From sequence record SRR20825019_320: DNA of 56,666 nt; one strand, written 5' to 3'. This document shows positions 1 to 13,383 of this stretch, piece after piece. Both the position numbers and the translations under genes were made by a program. Under the pieces are notes generated by a model. It was not told the DNA's origin, did no database searches, and saw only the letters and a list, made by a program, of their open reading frames with translations. How positions within the stretch are numbered: position 1 is the first letter of the stretch; every line of letters begins with the position of its first letter.

Positions 1-628
1 ATGTACTTTCAGCTATAATCTGGTGCACGAGCAGAGATAATATATTCCTCAAATTCTTTAATGTTCTATGTCTTTACTTTATTTTTTACTAATAAAGATA
101 TTAAATTTGTACATAATATAGTATATGAAAAATGAATTTATATAATGCTAAAATAGTTATATATGAACTAAGTAACATCAGATATAATATATTCAAAGAG
201 AAAGTATAATTTATTTTTCTAGGACAATATTATTGTATTTAGGTAAAATCTATCTAAAAAATACTTAACTTTACACAACTGCTTATAAAGTTTTCAATAA
301 AATTTCTTTTATTCTAATTAATAAGAGGCGAATATTTCTAGAGATATAATAGAGTATGTGTTTTTTAAACTTAGTTAAATTTTTAGAAAAGTTTAACATA
401 TATTCTGATTACAATTTGCTCAAGCTGCTTCTTTAGAATAATTGGATTTTGTTTAAGAGGTAAAAATATATGCATTAGAACTTGAATAGTTCAATGAATT
501 TTTGGTAATACCAAATAGATTATGCTTATTAATTCCGCCAAAAATATTTGTCCTATAATTTGTACTAATTCTCAGGAAATTGTTCAAATACATAAATATT
601 TAGAGATTTAATTTATTATATACATGTC

Positions 629-1777
629 TTACTCAGAATCTATGTGTATAATATTATAGTTTCCAGTCAGTTCAACATTACTCATTCTTAACTGTAGAAC
701 CTCTTCAACTATACTGTTGGCACCTTCTGATTTACTCTTTTCAAATATCTCAATCTCCTCTTGTGATAATGACAAAGTTTTCTTTATTTCTTCTTGTGTA
801 AAGCTATTTTTAACTAACATCTCGTATGTAGTAATATCCTTTTTAATTGTCTTGATTTTTTCATCTTTTATCACTTCAAGCATTAAATCCATTATAACAA
901 TCTCTGCTTCAAACTCTTTATTCTCAATTTCGAAACTCTCAACTAAAGTCAAATTTTTCTTATCCAAAACAGAGTAGGCTCTTTTAACTCCCTCTTGAGT
1001 AAGGCCTTTAGGCTCATGCTCCATTAGATGTATATTTTTCAAGCATTCGGCCCACTCTTTAATATTAATATTCTTTATATTTTCTAAGACTACTTTATTT
1101 AACTCCAAAATTGTAAAACTTGATAAAGGACTTGGAAATTCTTTTTGACCAATATCTTCATTAATCCCTCCCTCTAGTAAAGCTTCATTAAGCAATTTAT
1201 ATCTCTTAAATGGAACTTCATCATCAAAAAATTTGTAAGGCTGTATCCTTTCTTCAGGAGACATTATTGCAATTAAATGAACAGGATTTAATTCAGAATA
1301 AAGGGGTTGTATTTTACCACTTTTATCTATGTGCAATGTATTTCCGTTAGACATACTTGAAAATAAAGCATGAGAATGAGATACAAAACTTTCAAATAAA
1401 ATATTTGCAACATTTATCTGAGTCTTATTCAAAAAATCATGATTTGATTGATATCTATTATTATATTTTTGTATAGCAACTATAAAAGTTTCACCTTCTT
1501 CGGTTTCGCACTGTACATCTACACTCATACTTAATTTTATTTCTTCCTTAATTTGGGTATGTAAAAACTTTACATCCTTGATATTTTTGTTTAAAAAATC
1601 CGTTATAAAAGTTTTTAAAACTAATTCATCTCTAAATAACCTTTGAAATCCATAATCTGATTTAGGATCCAAATATCTACCGAATGTTATGCTTCTAAAA
1701 TGTCTTTGACTCACATACAGTGCACAATGATTATGTTTATAAAATTTTTTTATATTACTAAATATTGAGCTAAACAT
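629..1777 (-). CDS. Rpn family (PD-(D/E)XK nuclease / putative transposase) protein, divergent, with N-terminal extension
   Basis: Family N-terminal signature YLDPKSDYGFQRLF, then SVDVQCETEEGETFIVAIQ (canonical VDV.C.D..G..FIVEMQ), FTILEL and later W..CLK and RAYSVL segments typical of Rickettsiales Rpn proteins. Confidence 0.8.
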   Translation of the reverse strand: MFSSIFSNIKKFYKHNHCALYVSQRHFRSITFGRYLDPKSDYGFQRLFRDELVLKTFITDFLNKNIKDVKFLHTQIKEEIKLSMSVDVQCETEEGETFIVAIQKYNNRYQSNHDFLNKTQINVANILFESFVSHSHALFSSMSNGNTLHIDKSGKIQPLYSELNPVHLIAIMSPEERIQPYKFFDDEVPFKRYKLLNEALLEGGINEDIGQKEFPSPLSSFTILELNKVVLENIKNINIKEWAECLKNIHLMEHEPKGLTQEGVKRAYSVLDKKNLTLVESFEIENKEFEAEIVIMDLMLEVIKDEKIKTIKKDITTYEMLVKNSFTQEEIKKTLSLSQEEIEIFEKSKSEGANSIVEEVLQLRMSNVELTGNYNIIHIDSE

Positions 1778-2102
1778 AATTTATGTCTCTACTATAATTC
1801 AATTCTCAATTTACTAAAACTCATTGTTAAAATCAATAAAAATTTTGTATAATATATGAGTTTATAACATATAAAGTTAACCAGCATATAAGTACAAAAC
1901 AAATACAAGTATTTATATGATTAATATACTATATATTTTTGTATTAAATGATAATCATCTTTGGAAATATTAAAATATAATTAAAATTTTTTGATTTTTA
2001 TTTAATTATTATCTTTGTTATTTATATAAAAATCATTATAGTATGATCTTATTTAAATAGCTTAATTATTAGATTTTTTACTTAGGTAGTTGATGAATTA
2101 AA

Positions 2103-2396
2103 ATGACAAATGAAATTAATATAGAAGAATATATAAAAAATAAACTAAGAGTTTTAAAGCCAAGTAAGGTGATTATTGAAGATGAGAGTGTCTATCATAA
2201 GAATCATTATGAGAATAAATCACTATTTCCTTCTCATTTAGTGATTAAAGTAGTTTCAGATCAATTTGAAGGTAAGAGTTTAGTTGAAAGACATAGGGCG
2301 GTCAATAAGTTAATGAATGAAGATTTTAATAAGGGGTTACATGCACTTAAAATAATAACTAAAACTTCTAGGGAGTATCAAAATGAAAAAAGTTGA
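2103..2396 (+). CDS. bolA: BolA family protein
   Basis: IIEDES..H, SH...VVSDQFEGKSLVERHRAVN and GLHALKI motifs. Confidence 0.93.
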   Translation: MTNEINIEEYIKNKLRVLKPSKVIIEDESVYHKNHYENKSLFPSHLVIKVVSDQFEGKSLVERHRAVNKLMNEDFNKGLHALKIITKTSREYQNEKS

Positions 2397-2583
2397 GGCG
2401 TTAGTCAAGGGTGTATTTAAGGTGGGTGAGACTGCTATCAATATGCTTAAAAATGCAGGTAAAAATGAATCTAATTCTTATAGCGATTATGTAACAAGAG
2501 AGGAGTTTGAGATATTAAAAGAAATGGTAATAAAAAATAGTGTAACCAAAGACAAAAAGTCAAAGAGTAAAGTTAAAAAATAA
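2383..2583 (+). CDS. Small protein, UbiK/BMFP-like
   Basis: YVTREEFEILKEM resembles the VTREEF signature of the UbiK/BMFP family; overlaps the bolA stop. Confidence 0.5.
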   Translation: MKKVEALVKGVFKVGETAINMLKNAGKNESNSYSDYVTREEFEILKEMVIKNSVTKDKKSKSKVKK

Positions 2584-2625
2584 TAGTAAAAATAAAGATT
2601 AATTTAATTATTAGAATTTCTAAAG

Positions 2626-2922
2626 GTGCCTAATAAAACAGATATAGCAGAGAAAGTAGCAGAAAAATTTTCTTTAGATTTAAAGGATGCTCATGTTGTT
2701 TTAGATATATTTTTTAAGTCTATAAGAAGTAGTTTAAAACTAGGAGGAAGATCAGAACTTAGGGGATTTGGAAGTTTTTCAGTTAGAAAGAGAAAAAATA
2801 GTAAAAAGGTTATTAGTAAGTATACGTATAGAGGGCAGGATGAGTATAATGTATTATACTATAGAATGTCTTCTATTTTATTAAAAAGGCTTAACCGTAA
2901 GCTTGCTAAGAAAAATAAGTAA
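2626..2922 (+). CDS. HU/IHF family DNA-binding protein, divergent (GTG start)
   Basis: NKTDIAEKVAE N-terminal helix and ELRGFGSFSVRKRK signature. Confidence 0.85.
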   Translation: MPNKTDIAEKVAEKFSLDLKDAHVVLDIFFKSIRSSLKLGGRSELRGFGSFSVRKRKNSKKVISKYTYRGQDEYNVLYYRMSSILLKRLNRKLAKKNK

Positions 2923-3171
2923 AATAATGTAGATATTAAATTAAATAAGAAATTTAATATTCTTTTATTACCGTAAAAAGTAAATTATTTATATGAATCA
3001 ATCATTACTAAATACTTATTGTGTTCATATTTACATTCATATTTATATGTATTTGTAAATATATTTATAATTAAAATTACAATAAAAATTCTAGAAAAAA
3101 TCTTTACATTTATCCAATAAAGTAAGATTATAAATATTTATCATATAATTATAATAATTTAGTAGGGAGTT

Positions 3172-4728
3172 ATGAATGATAATACAAAGATAATTGAAAT
3201 TTCTGGAATCAATAAATATTTAGAGCAAAATCAGATTAAGAAAAATTCAGGTATGTCTGATTTGTATGTTATCCAAGATCAGGGATTAATGCCACATTTT
3301 AAAGATTGTTACAATGACCTTAAGAAAGCATGTGATGGAGATATGAATCTATCTGTTGATTATTTTAAAAGAAATTATACAAAAAGATTACTTCATGAGA
3401 TAGAAAATTATTCTAATTATTCAAGATATGTAGAAAAACTAGATGATGCTGGTAAGTTCATGCCAAGATTTGATAAGAATTTTTACAATGAACCCAAACC
3501 TAGTAATTATAAAGATTTTATAGATTTTTATTCTCAAATTGATGATTCAAAACTTGGTAATATAAAATTTACAGCATCTATTCTAAAGGATATTAACGAA
3601 GAAAGAGATATAAATACAATATACAAGAATTTAAACAATAAAATTGCAACGTATAAAGATAGCCAGAAAAATCAAGCTGCTAAGGATTTTGAGAGGGATG
3701 CTATTTATATACAAAAAGAAGGGAGAGTTTCAAAAATTCAGCTGCAAGATATAGATAATAAGCTAGCTGATTTATCAAATGAGCAGAGAGATTTTATAAA
3801 AGAGGCTTGCCATCAGGGTAGTATTGGTAATGCAGCTATAACAATGCAAAGAGAATATTGGAAAGAAAAGGATAGGGAAGCTAGTGCAGCAAAAAGTACT
3901 TTATTAAAAGTAAAACTTGATAAAGACTCGAGTACTGGTTTAGATAAAGTGAATTTAGTAAGTCATATTCAGATACAGGCTGTATCTACTAGTCCTGAAG
4001 ATGTAGATGATATTTATAAAGCAGTATCAGAAATATCTACTATAATTGATATTTCTGATCTAAAAGGGGGCACTTATATACCTGGTGCTACATCAAATGC
4101 TATATCTTCATCTATCCTGCATAAACCAATAATAAATGATTATAAAATAAATTCAAAAGATCCTTGTATTAAAAATATAGATGGTAAGAGTAATGTTATT
4201 TTGGAAGAAAATATTGATTTAAATGAAAAGCTCTATTACATAAGGCAATCTTCTATGAAGTTAAGAAATGATGATTTAGTGAGTAAAGCCTTTTATAATG
4301 AGAATCAATCGGTTGATGAGGTATATAATAATCAAGTTATTGAGTCTATATCTAAAGATTTTAATGATGTATTTAAAAAACAAAAAATTAGTAAAGAAGA
4401 TAGAAAGTTTTTAAAGGATTCCATTTTAGAAAACACGCAAATTATGTATCAAAATCTCAATAAAAATCAGCAAGAGTCGATCAAAAAGGATGCAAAAAAT
4501 CTAGTAGATGAAATGGCGTCTGAATCAAATAAACTAAGTTTTTATCAAAATATTAAGCACAAGGTCAAGAATTTTGTTGATAATATATTTCGAAAACATA
4601 AAGCTCAAATAATTACAAAATCTGTAGGGGTATCCTTAAAGGAAAAGATGAATATACATAAAGAAGTAAAAGATAATTCAAAAACATTTTTAGGAAAGTT
4701 AAAACAAAAATCTCATAGAAGCTTATAA
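3172..4728 (+). CDS. Hypothetical protein, candidate secreted effector
   Basis: 518-aa hydrophilic ORF with AGGGAG RBS and no recognisable housekeeping motif; basic C-terminus KTFLGKLKQKSHRSL. Confidence 0.6.
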   Translation: MNDNTKIIEISGINKYLEQNQIKKNSGMSDLYVIQDQGLMPHFKDCYNDLKKACDGDMNLSVDYFKRNYTKRLLHEIENYSNYSRYVEKLDDAGKFMPRFDKNFYNEPKPSNYKDFIDFYSQIDDSKLGNIKFTASILKDINEERDINTIYKNLNNKIATYKDSQKNQAAKDFERDAIYIQKEGRVSKIQLQDIDNKLADLSNEQRDFIKEACHQGSIGNAAITMQREYWKEKDREASAAKSTLLKVKLDKDSSTGLDKVNLVSHIQIQAVSTSPEDVDDIYKAVSEISTIIDISDLKGGTYIPGATSNAISSSILHKPIINDYKINSKDPCIKNIDGKSNVILEENIDLNEKLYYIRQSSMKLRNDDLVSKAFYNENQSVDEVYNNQVIESISKDFNDVFKKQKISKEDRKFLKDSILENTQIMYQNLNKNQQESIKKDAKNLVDEMASESNKLSFYQNIKHKVKNFVDNIFRKHKAQIITKSVGVSLKEKMNIHKEVKDNSKTFLGKLKQKSHRSL

Positions 4729-4859
4729 TTTACTAGTAACTTTTTGTATTATTATAAACTAGTAACTTTCATAACAAGTCAAATATTACTATTAATTAAT
4801 ATAATCTAATATATAATCAAAAATAATTTATAATTATTTATTATTGAATTGATAATATA

Positions 4860-5615
4860 ATGCATAAGGAAGAATTTACTATGAAGTTAGAGGAATATAA
4901 AGAGGATATAAAGTTAAACCCTTTATCTGGAAATGGTTACATACAAATGAGTCGTTTTCTAAGAAATAATTCTGAAATACAAAATGCACTAGAAATATGC
5001 AAGGAAGGCATAAAAAAATGTAATCCGACATCTATTTTATATATAGAACTGGCAAGATGTTTACTGAATGTCGGGGACATAAGTGGTTTAAAGCAAGTTT
5101 GTCAAGAAGCTTTAAGTAAATTCCCTAATGTAAAAACTCTTTATGTTAATTTAGGTAGATTTATGATATTAGCTAATGAATATGATTACGCAATTAAAAT
5201 ATATGAAGGGGCTATCAAAAATTGTGGTCGTTGTATTATTTTACTTGACGAAATTGAAAAATTCAAAAATCTGGTAAATAAAGACAATGGATTAAATAAG
5301 TATGAGCTAGATAAGTTAAATCCAGAGGTTAATAATAATAATTTAAAAAATGAAATAATACCCTCAAGCTCAGAAAATATTATAAAAAAGGAAGCGTTTG
5401 AAGATATGACTCAAGATAAAACTAATAAATTTCAAATAGAAGATTATATAAACACAACTAAAATATTGGTAAAAAATAATATTGTTCAAACTAATCTTGT
5501 AATCGATATGTGTATTGCAAATCTTAATAATAATTATGATGAAGCATTCAAATATTTTAATAATGCATGTAAATTTATGAAGCAGGAAAGTATATTCAAG
5601 AAATATATTCATTAA
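4860..5615 (+). CDS. Tetratricopeptide-repeat protein
   Basis: Repeated ~34-aa units: NP....YIQMSR...NALEICKEGI, P...LYIELAR, P....LYVNLGR....EYDYAIKIYEGAI. Confidence 0.7.
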   Translation: MHKEEFTMKLEEYKEDIKLNPLSGNGYIQMSRFLRNNSEIQNALEICKEGIKKCNPTSILYIELARCLLNVGDISGLKQVCQEALSKFPNVKTLYVNLGRFMILANEYDYAIKIYEGAIKNCGRCIILLDEIEKFKNLVNKDNGLNKYELDKLNPEVNNNNLKNEIIPSSSENIIKKEAFEDMTQDKTNKFQIEDYINTTKILVKNNIVQTNLVIDMCIANLNNNYDEAFKYFNNACKFMKQESIFKKYIH

Positions 5616-5743
5616 TTGGAGAGAATGAATTTTAATATATATACTAAATTTAAATATTTAAATTTAATTTAAAGTATAGATATGTCAAATTTATTAAATT
5701 AAATATTTAACAAATTATAGTTATAAAAATATAAATTTTTATT

Positions 5744-5820
5744 TGGCGCACCCGGGAGGATTCGAACCCCCAACCTTATGATCCGTAGTCATACACTCTA
5801 TCCAATTGAGCTACGGGTGC
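5744..5820 (-). tRNA. tRNA-Arg (anticodon ACG)
   Basis: Reverse complement GCACCCGTAGCTCAATTGGATAGAGTGTATGACTACGGATCATAAGGTTGGGGGTTCGAATCCTCCCGGGTGCGCCA: cloverleaf, anticodon stem TATGA/TCATA around CT-ACG-GA, TTCGAA T-loop, encoded CCA. Confidence 0.98.
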
Positions 5821-5896
5821 AATATATTATTAGAAAATTAAAGATATGTCCTCCGTATTTATAAATATTATTATAATAAAATAATATATTGAGTTT

Positions 5897-6406
5897 TTAT
5901 TTAGAATTTTTTACTTTTTCTTTAAGTAAATCTACTAATTTTTCAGTAGCATCTTCTTGAGAAATATCTTCAAGTATAGCAAGTTCACAAGAAAGTCTAC
6001 TTACTGCAGATTCATATATTGTTCTTTCGCTATAAGATCTTTCTGTATCAACATTTTTATATAAATCTCTTACAACTTCTGCAATAGCAACAACGTCACC
6101 TGAGTTGATTTTATTTTCATATTCTTGAGCTCTTCTACTCCACATTTTATTACCTGCTTTTGGATCGCCTTGTAGAGCTGTATATATTTTTTGAATGTAA
6201 TTCTTATTCATTAAAGCTCTTAGTCCTACTTCTGGTGCTCTGTTTACAGGAACTTTAAGGGTCATTTTATCTCCAGGGAAATCTATCACATAAAATTGCA
6301 TGTTATGTCCACCAATTGTTTGATTTTCAATATCCTTTATTTCTCCTACTCCGTGAGCTGGATACACCACTCTTTCTCCTATTTTAAAATCAACTTCTAT
6401 AGTCAT
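5897..6406 (-). CDS. carD: CarD family transcription factor
   Basis: FKIGERVVYPAHGVG N-terminus, conserved Trp in MWSRRAQEYE, AEVVRDL; GAGG RBS. Confidence 0.96.
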   Translation of the reverse strand: MTIEVDFKIGERVVYPAHGVGEIKDIENQTIGGHNMQFYVIDFPGDKMTLKVPVNRAPEVGLRALMNKNYIQKIYTALQGDPKAGNKMWSRRAQEYENKINSGDVVAIAEVVRDLYKNVDTERSYSERTIYESAVSRLSCELAILEDISQEDATEKLVDLLKEKVKNSK

Positions 6407-6510
6407 TATACCTCATAACTTTGAATAAAGCCTTGCATTGTAACATTAAATGACTAATATTTAAAGTAATAAGTTTTGAATTTTTAATATATATATTATC
6501 AAAAGGTTAA

Positions 6511-7533
6511 ATGAAAGGTAAAAGGGACGATATTTTATTGAGTAAAAGTGAAGAAAAAATTTCTATGGGTAAAAAGGCTTTAAAAGCAAAATCATTAGAT
6601 GAACTATCAACAAAAGCAGCAAAATATATTATTAATGGAGATTTAGTTATATTTCCTACTGAAACAGTATATGGAATTGGTGCAGACTCTTCTAATGATT
6701 CTGCATGCAAAGCAATATTTGCTATTAAAGGAAGGCCTTCATATAATCCATTAATATTACATTTTTTTTGTATTGGTGATATTAAAAGATATGCTTATAT
6801 AAATAGTAGATTCACAAAATTAAGCAGTTTATGGCCTGGACCTTTAACTTTAATAGTTAAAAAACGAAGAGATGCGATGCTATCAAAAATCGCAACTGCA
6901 GGTCTTGATACTATTGCTGTAAGAATACCTTCTTACGATATAGCTCTAGAAATTATCAAGAAATCAAAAATTCCTATAGCAGCTCCTAGTGCAAATAAAT
7001 CTGGTTATGTAAGTCCTACTAAATATAACCATGTAAAGAATTTTGAAAATGTAAAAAAAATATTTCCTATTGATGGAGGAATATGTAATGTTGGTATTGA
7101 GTCAACTATTGTTGATATTAGCTGTAAAGAAACCAGAATATTAAGGACAGGTTACTACACTAAAGATAAGATTGAAAATATACTTAATGAAAAAATTCTA
7201 GAAAATATCAATCAAAAAGATGATAATAAAATAATAGCTCCAGGTATGATGAGCAAGCATTATTCACCGGTAACAAAATTGAGGATCAATGCAAGTACAT
7301 TAAATCATGATGAAATTGGTTTAGGTTTTGGAAATAATAATTTAAATTCAGAATTTAACTTAAGTGTTACTGGTTGTTTAGAAGAAGCTGCAAGGAACTT
7401 ATATGATATGATTAGAATGCTTGATAATCATTGTATGCACCATGCTATAAAGCAGATTGCTGTGGCATCAATACCTAATTTTGGTATAGGGACTGCGATT
7501 AATGACAGATTAATTAGGGCTTCATTAAATTAG
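6511..7533 (+). CDS. sua5: Threonylcarbamoyl-AMP synthase (Sua5 type)
   Basis: FPTETVYGIGAD, KGRPSYNPLI, AAPSANKSG, PGMMSKHYSP linker and Sua5 C-terminal domain; true start may be the downstream Met (MGKK). Confidence 0.95.
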   Translation: MKGKRDDILLSKSEEKISMGKKALKAKSLDELSTKAAKYIINGDLVIFPTETVYGIGADSSNDSACKAIFAIKGRPSYNPLILHFFCIGDIKRYAYINSRFTKLSSLWPGPLTLIVKKRRDAMLSKIATAGLDTIAVRIPSYDIALEIIKKSKIPIAAPSANKSGYVSPTKYNHVKNFENVKKIFPIDGGICNVGIESTIVDISCKETRILRTGYYTKDKIENILNEKILENINQKDDNKIIAPGMMSKHYSPVTKLRINASTLNHDEIGLGFGNNNLNSEFNLSVTGCLEEAARNLYDMIRMLDNHCMHHAIKQIAVASIPNFGIGTAINDRLIRASLN

Positions 7534-7664
7534 ATCTTAGTTAGGTCAAAAGCAGTAATTAGCTATTACCATAGAGTATTCTTATTATCTTAAATATTGA
7601 TAAAAATTTAATCTTCTCTATCATGACCTTTTTTATTAAAGATTAGTAAAACAAATTTAAATAT

Positions 7665-9458
7665 ATGCATAAATACAGAACTCATAATTGCACAGCTCTA
7701 TCAGAGAATGATAAAGGAAAACAAGTTAAATTATCTGGTTGGATAGATAGAAGTAGAGATCATGGGAATTTATTATTTATAGATCTTAGGGACCATTATG
7801 GAATAACGCAGCTTGTTTTTGATGATAGTAATAAAGAATTAACAAAAGAAGCAAGAAAACTTAAAAATGAGTCTGTAGTTACAATTGAAGGAAAAGTAGT
7901 ACTTAGATCGGAAGAGACTATAAATTCTGATCTTACAACTGGTAAAATTGAGGTTGTAGTTGAGAAATTTATTATAGAGTCTGAATCTGATATTTTACCT
8001 TTTCCAGTAAATGGAATATATGATATTCCTGAAGAAATGAGGTTAAAACATAGATTTTTAGATTTAAGAAGGCAAGTTATACATAATAATATAGTACTTA
8101 GGTCCAAAGTTATTACTAAAATTAGAGAATTAATGAATGATGCTGGGTTTTTAGAACTTCAATCACCAATCTTAACTGCAAGTTCACCAGAAGGAGCTAG
8201 AGATTTTTTGGTAGCAAGTAGGTTGCATCCAGGAAAATTTTATGCTCTTCCTCAAGCTCCTCAGCAGTTTAAACAGTTATATATGGTATCGGGTTTTGAT
8301 AAATATTATCAGATTGCACCTTGTTTTAGGGACGAAGATTCAAGGGCTGATAGATCTCCAGGAGAATTTTATCAGCTTGATCTTGAGATGTCTTTTGTGA
8401 CTGAAGAAGATGTGTTTAATATGATTGAGCCTGTTATTTATAATTTATTTAAAAGCTTTACTAATAATAAAATTTCTACTTACCCATTTAGAAGAATATC
8501 ATATCAAGAGTCAATGCTAAAATATGGTACGGATAAGCCGGATCTTAGAATTAGTACAGAAATTTCTGATGTTACTGAAGCATTTAGAAATTCAAATTTT
8601 AGTTTATTTAGTAATGCTATTAAAAAGGGCGCTATAGTAAGAGCGGTACCTGCGAAGGGGGTTATATCAAAACCAAGAAGTTTTTATGACGGAATGATTG
8701 AATATGCAATTAATGAAGGTGCTAAGGGGCTTGGATATATTTATTTTGATGATAATGGTTCTCCTAAAGGTCCTATAGCGAAATTCTTATCAGAAGATGA
8801 AATAAATAAAATTAAAGATATTACAGCAATAACTAAAGAAGATGCTGTCTTTTTATCATGCTCAGATATTAAGCAAGCTGAGTATATATCAGGCAAAGTA
8901 AGAGTGAAGCTTGCTGAAGAATTAAATTTAATAGATGATAATAGATTTGAATTTTGCTGGATAGTTGATTTTCCTTATTATGAATGGGATCAAGACAGAA
9001 AATCTATAGATTTTAGTCATAATCCATTTTCAATGCCTAAAGGTGGATTAGATATTTTATTAAATTCTAAAACAAAAGAAGAGCTTTTAGATATTACTGC
9101 GATGCAATATGATATAGTATGTAATGGAATTGAATTATCAAGTGGGGCAATTAGAAATCATAAGCCAGAAATAATGTATAAAGCATTTGAAATAGCTGGA
9201 TATGATAAGAGTGATGTAGATGAAAAGTTTGGTGGTATTATTAATTCATTCAAGTATGGTGCTCCTCCTCATGGCGGTTTAGCACCGGGGATAGATAGAA
9301 TTGTTATGCTTCTTGCTGGAGTTAATAATATAAGAGAAGTAACAGCCTTCCCTTTAAGTCAAAAAGCTGAGGACTTACTTATGAATGCACCTTCCGAGGT
9401 ATCTGAGAAGCAGCTTAAAGATATTCATATAAAACTTGATATATCTAAAAAAGAATAA
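7665..9458 (+). CDS. aspS: Aspartate--tRNA ligase
   Basis: [50 protein letters not shown]. Confidence 0.98.
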   Translation: MHKYRTHNCTALSENDKGKQVKLSGWIDRSRDHGNLLFIDLRDHYGITQLVFDDSNKELTKEARKLKNESVVTIEGKVVLRSEETINSDLTTGKIEVVVEKFIIESESDILPFPVNGIYDIPEEMRLKHRFLDLRRQVIHNNIVLRSKVITKIRELMNDAGFLELQSPILTASSPEGARDFLVASRLHPGKFYALPQAPQQFKQLYMVSGFDKYYQIAPCFRDEDSRADRSPGEFYQLDLEMSFVTEEDVFNMIEPVIYNLFKSFTNNKISTYPFRRISYQESMLKYGTDKPDLRISTEISDVTEAFRNSNFSLFSNAIKKGAIVRAVPAKGVISKPRSFYDGMIEYAINEGAKGLGYIYFDDNGSPKGPIAKFLSEDEINKIKDITAITKEDAVFLSCSDIKQAEYISGKVRVKLAEELNLIDDNRFEFCWIVDFPYYEWDQDRKSIDFSHNPFSMPKGGLDILLNSKTKEELLDITAMQYDIVCNGIELSSGAIRNHKPEIMYKAFEIAGYDKSDVDEKFGGIINSFKYGAPPHGGLAPGIDRIVMLLAGVNNIREVTAFPLSQKAEDLLMNAPSEVSEKQLKDIHIKLDISKKE

Positions 9459-9482
9459 TTATTTATTAATTTTTTATATGGC

Positions 9483-13333
<3,851 letters not shown>

Positions 13334-13383
13334 TTAACTATATTAATATTAGTTAATTTTAAAATTAATTAAAGGTCTTTTTA

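Noticed and set aside
1-628. Short protein-like stretches broken by stops (e.g. LQFAQAASLE*LDFV*EVKIYALELE* near 409-490)
   Set aside because: Could be decayed coding DNA but no family is recognisable and AT-rich noise gives similar strings
629-1777. Rpn gene as an active transposon or IS
   Set aside because: No terminal inverted repeats or target duplications seen, and the catalytic motif is altered
5645-5666. 22-bp perfect palindrome TAAATTTAAATATTTAAATTTA between the TPR gene and tRNA-Arg
   Set aside because: Pure AT and low complexity; too weak to call a terminator or operator
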